Positions 57,438 through 64,000 of a stretch of 64,000 bases of DNA are shown here, in pieces. The first letter of the stretch is position 1, and each line of letters begins with the position of its first letter. The position numbers and the translations under genes were made by a program. Origin of the DNA: Candidatus Micrarchaeota archaeon (lineage in GTDB: Archaea > Micrarchaeota > Micrarchaeia > Anstonellales > Bilamarchaeaceae); the NCBI GenBank assembly GCA_037447235.1, contig JBBIHC010000003.1, forward strand, positions 17,513 to 81,512. Reading direction: 5' to 3'. The notes below the pieces were generated by a model. The model was not told where the DNA came from, did no database searches, and saw only the letters and a list, made by a program, of their open reading frames with translations.

Positions 57438-58517
57438 ATGAGAATCGCCGAAACTTTGATAGAGCCTGAATACCCTGTAAAAACAAGCGGAGAAATAATT
57501 ATAGAAAACCGCGTTGCACAGATCACAACGGAATATGAAAACAGATATGAAATCGCAGTTATCAAAAGAGATGGTTTTGGAGTTGACGCCGCGGTTAATG
57601 CGATTTTTAGAATGTTACCGATACGCATCCTTAGAAGTTTTATGATGCTTCTTTTTGGAGTGCTGGCAATGCCAAAAATAAGCAGGATCCTCAAAAATTT
57701 TGAGATCGTAATAATCAATGGATATTTTACCGCTGTTTTTCTTTTGCCTTATTTGCTTTTAAGCAGGAAAAAAAGCATTTATTGCCCGCATACCCAGGTT
57801 AAGCCGAGTTGGATTAATGCATCGTTGATGGATTTTTTTGATGCAATAGTTTTTCTTTCTGATTATAACCGCACGGAACTCATCGGGCTAAACAAAAGGC
57901 TAACGACCAAAGCACATTTCATATATAACTCAATTCCAGACATTAAACGCAAAAAAACGAGGAAGGCGAGAAAAGAGTTCGTATGTCTATTCGTTGGGAG
58001 GGCAGTGGATGTCAAAAGGCCCTGGTTATTTATTGAAGGTGTTGCGAAAGCCTGGAAAAGAAACAAAAACATAAAAGCAATCATGGTGGTCGCCTCAGGG
58101 CCCTTGGAAAGCAGGATACGGGAAATGGTTACTGCAACAGAAAAAGAATGGGGCTATCCCATAGACCTGCGCTTAAACCTAAAAAAAACCGAGCTGGAAG
58201 TGGTATATGACAATGCATCGGTTTTGGTTTTTACTTCCACCCATCAAGAAGGGCTTCCGACAGTATTATTGGAAGCCATGCAGCACAGCCTGCCGATTGC
58301 CTGCACAGAGCATCCAAAGTTCAGGGAGTTTCTTGACGATGCAGCACTTTTTTTCACCGATGCGGAATCTCTGGCTGAAAGAATACTCGAATTGGCAAAA
58401 GACAGAAAACTGTACGAAGAGCACCAAAAACGCTCTTCGCAAAGATTTGCAATATTTTCACCCAAAGAAACCAGCAAAAAATGGGGGGAATTGTTTGACT
58501 GCCTTTCGCATGCTTAG
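57438..58517 (+). CDS. Glycosyltransferase family 4 (GT-B)
   Basis: C-terminal EGLPTVLLEAMQHSLPIACTEH (the EX7E-type GT4 motif). Confidence 0.75.
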   Translation: MRIAETLIEPEYPVKTSGEIIIENRVAQITTEYENRYEIAVIKRDGFGVDAAVNAIFRMLPIRILRSFMMLLFGVLAMPKISRILKNFEIVIINGYFTAVFLLPYLLLSRKKSIYCPHTQVKPSWINASLMDFFDAIVFLSDYNRTELIGLNKRLTTKAHFIYNSIPDIKRKKTRKARKEFVCLFVGRAVDVKRPWLFIEGVAKAWKRNKNIKAIMVVASGPLESRIREMVTATEKEWGYPIDLRLNLKKTELEVVYDNASVLVFTSTHQEGLPTVLLEAMQHSLPIACTEHPKFREFLDDAALFFTDAESLAERILELAKDRKLYEEHQKRSSQRFAIFSPKETSKKWGELFDCLSHA

Positions 58518-58520
58518 GGC

Positions 58521-59693
58521 CTAAAGATTCTTTTCAGTTATCAGCCTTTTGTATGTCTCAATTGCTTCTTTTGCATTTTCAGGCTTTACCGGATAAACGA
58601 CCTTTTTCCTCTCCTGTTTCCATTTCATAAAGGCGAGACCTGCCTGCACAAAGCGAAATGGCAGGAGAACCGAGCCTTTTATGATTCCTGCCAGCAATGC
58701 GATCCTTGGCATTTTAAGGTTTATCTCATCTGTGTAAATCCTGGCTTTTTTATATACGAGCAATGAAAGCAAGAGCTTTGGCTCTTTGAATACCTTATCA
58801 AGAAAAGATGATGGGAATGCCGCCTTTTCTTTTATCTTTTTGATTTCTGCTTTGGCAGAAAAATCTGAAAATGTATACTCTGTTGTGAAGCGATTGCAGT
58901 TTGAGAGCGCAATAAAAATGTCCTTGTCAGAAAAAACATCCCCAAAAAAAGCATAGAACACATACCACGCCAGAAATTTGACTGCTGCGAAGGCATCGCG
59001 TTCGCTATGGAATAGAAATGCTTTCATCAATCCTGCGATATAAGGATAAAACTTTTTTTTCTCTGTCATCTTGTGAAATACCGTATATCCGGCCCGCGGA
59101 TGATAGATGCGTATTTCGCTCAACGGAAGCAAAAGGTCCGCGTTGCGAAGACGCAGCATAAAGTCGTAATCTTCGCCGCCGCGCCACATATAAGGCGTAT
59201 AAAAACCAACTTTCTCAAAGACAGAGCGGGGAAACGCGCCCCATTGGTTTATCACATAAGTTTTGGCCGGAGCAGTATTTTCTTTTGGATTATTGAAAGG
59301 AACAACGACTTTCCGCAACTCGCGCGCTTTCTGCAAAAGAACGCGTAAAATATTTTTTGATGATGGCACTGCGTCGGTGTCAGCAATCACTATGACATCA
59401 TAACCTTCGTGAAAAAGGGCATATGTTCCAGCGAAAAAAGCGCCGGAACTCCCGAGCGGGAAACTCTCCTCGGCATGCAAGGCGGACAAACTATCGAATA
59501 TCCCTGACTTCAGGTTTATTCGCATGCCTTTTCTATAAAGAAAAAAGCAATCTAAGTCCTTGTGCCCTTCCAGTTTTTTCAAAGTCGCAATGAAATCCCT
59601 GAGCTGGCTCTCATCGCACACTGGGCAAAAAAGCACATCCCTGGCCTTCCCCTTCCTGTTATCTTCAAGCTCGGCGCATAAAGGTCCGATCAT
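58521..59693 (-). CDS. GT-A fold glycosyltransferase with C-terminal membrane region, paralog B
   Basis: YDVIVIADTD, YMWRGGEDYDF. Collinear with the 54449..55681 product (e.g. AGYTVFHKM[AT]EKKKFYPY[MI]AG shared). Confidence 0.55.
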   Translation of the reverse strand: MIGPLCAELEDNRKGKARDVLFCPVCDESQLRDFIATLKKLEGHKDLDCFFLYRKGMRINLKSGIFDSLSALHAEESFPLGSSGAFFAGTYALFHEGYDVIVIADTDAVPSSKNILRVLLQKARELRKVVVPFNNPKENTAPAKTYVINQWGAFPRSVFEKVGFYTPYMWRGGEDYDFMLRLRNADLLLPLSEIRIYHPRAGYTVFHKMTEKKKFYPYIAGLMKAFLFHSERDAFAAVKFLAWYVFYAFFGDVFSDKDIFIALSNCNRFTTEYTFSDFSAKAEIKKIKEKAAFPSSFLDKVFKEPKLLLSLLVYKKARIYTDEINLKMPRIALLAGIIKGSVLLPFRFVQAGLAFMKWKQERKKVVYPVKPENAKEAIETYKRLITEKNL

Positions 59694-60463
59694 ACCCCAC
59701 CTTTTAGTTTCTCTTCAATAAAAGCGAACACTGTTTCTTTTGTTGTAGGAACTTTTACAAATCTTTCAAGCTTCTCCGTGCTTACTTCATAGTGATGGGT
59801 TTCTTCCCCGTGCTCTCGGATCTCTATTGAAAAATGTCTTGCCGCCTCTTCCAAAACGACCGTCCCTTTGCCGCAGATGTTGAATATTTCACGATTAAGC
59901 CCCATCAGTCTCTCCATCATTTCGGCAACAACAGAGGTATTGATGAACTGAAATCGCGATTTTGGATGGACAAAAAGCTTTCTGAGATAAATTAAATCGT
60001 AAATTGGGTTTTTTCTAAGCCCTTCCCCGACCATCCCGCCTGGTCTGAGGATAATCCAATTATGCGCGCGTTTCTTCACTACCAGCTCGCCCAGGTATTT
60101 GTCAAAACCATAATTTGAAAGTTTTTCCGGTTGTATGGCGGCATCCTCATGATTGTTGGCGGGGTTTGAAACATCGTTGTAAACATCCACGGATGAGATG
60201 TATATATATTTATCCGTTTTGAAATCCAGCAGGGTGTCCAGCGTTATCTTGACATTCATCTCAAAATCCAGTTTCGGCTCTTTTGCCGCGAGCAGTTTTT
60301 TTGAATTGCCGTTTGCGTTTATGAAAACATCAAAATGCTCGCCAATGAATGAAGCATAATTCTCCCTGCCAATGCCGACAACTTCGTATTTTCCGGAATC
60401 TGAAAAATGCCGGTAAATCGCAGAGCCGACAAATCCCCTATAACCCAATACTGCAACCCTCAT
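59690..60463 (-). CDS. Short SDR-family NAD(P)-dependent sugar reductase/epimerase (RmlD-like)
   Basis: MRVAVLGYRGFVGSAIY Rossmann motif, YxxxK-type region. 4-nt overlap with the upstream gene. Confidence 0.55.
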   Translation of the reverse strand: MRVAVLGYRGFVGSAIYRHFSDSGKYEVVGIGRENYASFIGEHFDVFINANGNSKKLLAAKEPKLDFEMNVKITLDTLLDFKTDKYIYISSVDVYNDVSNPANNHEDAAIQPEKLSNYGFDKYLGELVVKKRAHNWIILRPGGMVGEGLRKNPIYDLIYLRKLFVHPKSRFQFINTSVVAEMMERLMGLNREIFNICGKGTVVLEEAARHFSIEIREHGEETHHYEVSTEKLERFVKVPTTKETVFAFIEEKLKGGV

Positions 60464-61389
60464 AATCTCAGCTTGTCCATATTGCTTGCAAACCACTCGT
60501 AAGTTTTCCTTATGCCTTCTTTCAATTCTGTTTTTGGCTCAAACCCAAGCTCGTTTTTCATTCTCGTCACATCGAATATCTTTACAGGATGGCCGTCAGG
60601 CTTTGTTGAATCCCAGGTTAGTTCGCCTTCAAAGCCGACAGCTTCTTTTACCAACTCAACAACTTCCCTTATAGCTACTCCCTTGCCAACAGATATGTTA
60701 ACCGGAAGGTCAGAATGATATCTTTCAAGCATAAGTGCAAGTGCATCCGCAACATCTTCAACATAAACAAAGTCCCTGACAGGCCTGCCGGTTCCCCAGA
60801 CAACAACCTCTTTATCCCCTCTTTCTTTCGCGAAGTGGAATCTCCTTATCAGGCCGGGAATGACATGCGAGCCGGTTTCTGAAAAGTTGTCATAAGGCCC
60901 GTACGCATTGCCAGGGACCGCAGCCGCCCAGTCAACCTTGTGCTGCTTCCTGTAAGCAAGCAGCTGCAGGTAGTTCGTTGCCTTCGCAAGCGAATAGAAC
61001 ATCGCATTTTCATCCGGCAGCCCTTTGAAAAGCGATTCCTCTTTTATCGGGTTCGGCGCATCTTTCGGGTAGGAGCAGCCGCAGAACGTATAGATAAGCC
61101 GCTTGACGCCCGCCTTTCTAGCCTCTTCCAAAAAATAGGTGTTGATTGCGAGATTAGTATAAATAAAATCAGCTGGGTATGTCCTATTCGCCAGAATTCC
61201 GCCAACCTTTGCCGCAAGGGCATAAACCGCATCTGGAGAAACATCTTTGAAAAGCCTGCGAATTTCTGCCTGCTCCAGAAGATTGTAGTCCTTGGATGAC
61301 ACTGCAATAACTTCGTGGCCCTGCCTTTCAAGCCTCGGTACTAGGTTGCTTCCGATAAAACCAGTCGCACCAGTAACCAGAACTCTCAT
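60460..61389 (-). CDS. fcl: GDP-L-fucose synthase-like NDP-4-keto-6-deoxy-sugar 3,5-epimerase/4-reductase
   Basis: MRVLVTGATGFIGSNL, SHVIPGLIRRFHFA, VWGTGRPVRDFVYVEDVADA: Fcl/WcaG family signatures. Confidence 0.75.
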   Translation of the reverse strand: MRVLVTGATGFIGSNLVPRLERQGHEVIAVSSKDYNLLEQAEIRRLFKDVSPDAVYALAAKVGGILANRTYPADFIYTNLAINTYFLEEARKAGVKRLIYTFCGCSYPKDAPNPIKEESLFKGLPDENAMFYSLAKATNYLQLLAYRKQHKVDWAAAVPGNAYGPYDNFSETGSHVIPGLIRRFHFAKERGDKEVVVWGTGRPVRDFVYVEDVADALALMLERYHSDLPVNISVGKGVAIREVVELVKEAVGFEGELTWDSTKPDGHPVKIFDVTRMKNELGFEPKTELKEGIRKTYEWFASNMDKLRL

Positions 61390-61398
61390 AACAAAACC

Positions 61399-62397
61399 TC
61401 AGTAATTCTTGAACCGATAGTCCCTGAAAGCCTGATACCCCCTTATGAGCTCTTCTATACCATATTCAAGTGAGTATTTGTAAGTGAAGCCAGTTTTTTG
61501 GATTTTTTCAGTTGAAACTATGTAGTTGCGCTTGTCAGGGTCCTGCCCTATCTCAGCATGGAAGATATTAAGCGAAGGGATTTTCTTTTTTATCAGGAGG
61601 CACAGCTCTTCCTTTGATATGTTGTAGTCCGGATGGCCGAGATTGAATATGTTGTCTTTCATCCTGTCCCAATGAACCATCGCCCACAAGAACCCCCTGG
61701 CCGCATCGCGGACATGCAGGAAATTCCGCTTGAATGTGCGCTCGAAAAGCACTATGCTTTTGTCGTTCAATGCCTTCAAAACAAAATCATTCACCAGCAA
61801 ATCCGTTCGCATGCGGGGAGAAAAGCCGAAAAGGGTTGCAAGCCTGAAAGCGATTGAATTTCCCGCAGCCATCACCGCCTTCTCAGCCTCAGCCTTACTT
61901 CTTCCGTATGTTGATATTGGTGTTAAAGGAGATTCCTCTGTGCAGAATTTTTCGCCGGTTGTTGCTCCGTAGCCGGAATTCGTGTTGGGAAAGATTATTT
62001 TTTCGCCCTTCTTCCTGTGCTTGAGCAGATTCAGTACTGCCTGATGGTTGACCATCCAGGTCAATTCCGGCTTTTGCTCTGAGATGGGAAAACCAACGAT
62101 TGCTGCGAGCGGGAAAATAAAATCGTATTTTTTCTGCGACAGCAAGTTCGTGATAAGCTTCTCATTTGTAACATCGCCGTATATGAATTCCAGTTTTCCG
62201 GTATGGAAAAGATTGAAAAGCGTATTTTGCGAGTATGACAGGTTGTCCAAGACAGTAACATTGAACCCTTTTTGTACAAGCATCTCCACCAGAACGGAGC
62301 CAAAATAGCCAGAGCCGCCGGTCACAAGGACAGAAACGCCGCTCTCTGCAAGCTTCCTTAACTTTGCCTCTGTTGGCTCATCAAAATCGTTTGGCAT
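61399..62397 (-). CDS. NDP-sugar 4,6-dehydratase / epimerase (extended SDR)
   Basis: VLVTGGSGYFGSVLV Rossmann motif, catalytic STYGRSK (YxxxK); 332 aa. Confidence 0.6.
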   Translation of the reverse strand: MPNDFDEPTEAKLRKLAESGVSVLVTGGSGYFGSVLVEMLVQKGFNVTVLDNLSYSQNTLFNLFHTGKLEFIYGDVTNEKLITNLLSQKKYDFIFPLAAIVGFPISEQKPELTWMVNHQAVLNLLKHRKKGEKIIFPNTNSGYGATTGEKFCTEESPLTPISTYGRSKAEAEKAVMAAGNSIAFRLATLFGFSPRMRTDLLVNDFVLKALNDKSIVLFERTFKRNFLHVRDAARGFLWAMVHWDRMKDNIFNLGHPDYNISKEELCLLIKKKIPSLNIFHAEIGQDPDKRNYIVSTEKIQKTGFTYKYSLEYGIEELIRGYQAFRDYRFKNY

Positions 62398-62459
62398 TAA
62401 ACCGCCTCACTTCAATATCGTTATATGTATTATAAAAGTTTTCCTTTAAAACAGATTTT

Positions 62460-63497
62460 ATGAAGACCCTTTACATAAAGGCACGGGCGCCATCGAGGAT
62501 AGGAATCGGTGGCGGCGGCTCTGACCTTCCTGCTTTTTTTGAAAAATACGGCGGCGCGGTGCTCAATGCAGCGATAGACCTCTATTCCTACACCAAGATG
62601 CATACGAACGGCAACGGAGCAACCAGAATAATATCGCACGATTGGGAGATAACAAGGGAGATAACAGATACCGAACTCGAATTTGATCTTAGCAAAAAGG
62701 ACAACGTCGACATAATAAAGGCTGTGATGAAAGAATGCGGCCTCAGCCCGATGGAAGGTTATGAAATCCTCATACACTCAATGGCGCCGAAAAACAGCGG
62801 CCTTGCTGGTTCGTCTGCCCTTCTCGTTTCACTCCTGCTCGTTATGTCAAATGTTGCCGGAAAGCCGATTCTGGACAGAAAACTGCTTGCTGAAGCAGCC
62901 ATAAGGATAGAAAGGGACATACTGAAGAGGATAGGCGGCCACCAGGACCAGTATGCATCGGTATTCGGCGGCTTTAACTTCATCGAATTCTCAAAAGAAG
63001 AGACAAAGATTTATCCATTAAGGCTGCAGGAAGACCTTATTGCCGAACTGCATTCGGCCATGATGCTTTTTGAGACGCCTTACCAGAGAGCGAAACAGGC
63101 GCACGAGATTGAAAAACGAAAGGAGGAAGATGTGCACAAGGAAGGCGAAAGCGTGGAGCGCCTGAAAAGAATAAGGGATTACGCGTATAAGATGAAGGAT
63201 GCAATCATAAGCGGCGACCTGCAGTCGCTGGGAGAACTGCTCCATAATTCCTGGCTTGAAAAGCAGAAGCTTCCGGGCGTTGCGGACAAAAACATCGAGC
63301 ACTTGTATGGGATTGCGAGAAAAAACGGCGCTTATGGCGGGAAACTGTGCGGTGCAGGCTCAGGCGGTTTCCTTTTCATAATATCCGAAATATCGAACAG
63401 GAAAAAAGTCATCAACGCGCTGAGAAACGAGGGCGCGAACTTAGTAAATTTTGATTTTGATTTCAAAGGTGCACTCACATGGAGGACAGCGTACTGA
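62460..63497 (+). CDS. GHMP-family sugar kinase (D-glycero-D-manno-heptose-7-phosphate kinase HddA-like)
   Basis: GHMP motifs RIGIGGGGSD (motif I-like), PKNSGLAGSSALLVSL (motif II), GAGSGGFLF (motif III). Sits immediately before gmhA. Confidence 0.65.
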   Translation: MKTLYIKARAPSRIGIGGGGSDLPAFFEKYGGAVLNAAIDLYSYTKMHTNGNGATRIISHDWEITREITDTELEFDLSKKDNVDIIKAVMKECGLSPMEGYEILIHSMAPKNSGLAGSSALLVSLLLVMSNVAGKPILDRKLLAEAAIRIERDILKRIGGHQDQYASVFGGFNFIEFSKEETKIYPLRLQEDLIAELHSAMMLFETPYQRAKQAHEIEKRKEEDVHKEGESVERLKRIRDYAYKMKDAIISGDLQSLGELLHNSWLEKQKLPGVADKNIEHLYGIARKNGAYGGKLCGAGSGGFLFIISEISNRKKVINALRNEGANLVNFDFDFKGALTWRTAY

Positions 63498-64000
63498 AAA
63501 ACAGGCTTAAGGAGCATATTGGGATAGCGAAAGCGATTGAGAAAGATGAAAAAATATCTGCGCAGGTTGAATTGATAGCGAAAAGGATAGTAGAGTGCTA
63601 CGAGAAAGGCGGCAAGACGATATTTTTTGGCAACGGCGGCTCTGCCGCAGATGCCCAACACGCTGCAGCAGAATTTATGGGAAAATACCTGAAAAACAGA
63701 AAACCGCTTGCTTCGCTTACATTGACGACCAATACCTCGGCCTTGACAGCGATAGGAAACGACTACGGATACGAGGATGTTTTCGTGAGGCAGCTTGAGG
63801 GCGTGCTAAGAAAGGATGATGTTGTGATAGGAATCTCAACAAGCGGAAACTCGCCTAATGTAATAAAGGCGGTTGAATATGCGAAGAAGAATGGCGCGTT
63901 TGCAGTCGCGTTGGTCGGAGCAAGGAAATGCAGGCTTGATGAAATCGCTGATGTATGTATAAAAATCCCAAGTGAATCCACGCCGAGGATACAGGAGATG
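63479..64000 (+). CDS. gmhA: Phosphoheptose isomerase (SIS domain), 3' end lies outside the window
   Basis: IFFGNGGSAADAQHAAAEF...GISTSGNSPNV: GmhA/SIS signatures. ORF is open at the window end; it overlaps the preceding kinase stop. Confidence 0.7.
   Translation, partial: MEDSVLKNRLKEHIGIAKAIEKDEKISAQVELIAKRIVECYEKGGKTIFFGNGGSAADAQHAAAEFMGKYLKNRKPLASLTLTTNTSALTAIGNDYGYEDVFVRQLEGVLRKDDVVIGISTSGNSPNVIKAVEYAKKNGAFAVALVGARKCRLDEIADVCIKIPSESTPRIQEM

Noticed and set aside
57395-57718. 5' extension of the acetyltransferase ORF
   Set aside because: The hexapeptide-repeat protein begins at MADIDYAME (57394). The hydrophobic extension overlaps the divergent GT4 gene start region.
1-64000. CRISPR arrays, IS elements, integrases, rRNA genes
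   Set aside because: No regularly spaced direct repeats and no transposase/integrase-like ORFs were seen. Nothing resembling 16S/23S/5S conserved blocks.

Overview
Dense archaeal chromosomal segment, about 50% GC, with many 4-nt start/stop overlaps. Marker genes indicate a small-genome, possibly DPANN-type archaeon. Housekeeping content includes a Hef-like helicase, RFC large subunit, aIF5B, proteasome alpha, archaeal UMP kinase, Taw1, PCNA, Rad50, RadA, RpoK, TrpRS, MAP2, GatD/GatE, dCTP deaminase, transaldolase, a DtxR-FeoA/FeoB iron module and a bacterial-type (class I) GAPDH. Two tRNA genes appear to carry introns: tRNA-Gly(UCC) with about 18 extra nt, and tRNA-Arg(UCG) with one canonical and one T-loop intron. 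Two accessory blocks stand out. (i) On the minus strand at 22.4-33.6 kb, an operon of six tandem paralogous polytopic membrane proteins whose C-terminal 3-TM blocks carry an FtsX/MacB-like 'TR-x-LG' loop and a shared C-terminal tail. It ends in a 1372-aa Cys-rich, sequon-rich lipoprotein, has no ATPase, and is flanked by an AT-rich secreted-protein gene and a divergently transcribed 945-aa type-I membrane protein. This is the best candidate for an undescribed cell-surface system. (ii) At 47.7-64 kb, an N-glycosylation/polysaccharide island: AglB, FtsZ, Wzx-like flippase, methyltransferase, GT4, two paralogous GT-A glycosyltransferases, DegT aminotransferase, hexapeptide acetyltransferase, NDP-sugar dehydratase/epimerase/reductases, GHMP heptose-kinase-like gene and GmhA. 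No CRISPR arrays, rRNA genes or obvious transposases were seen. All calls rest on motif recognition by eye; no searches were run.
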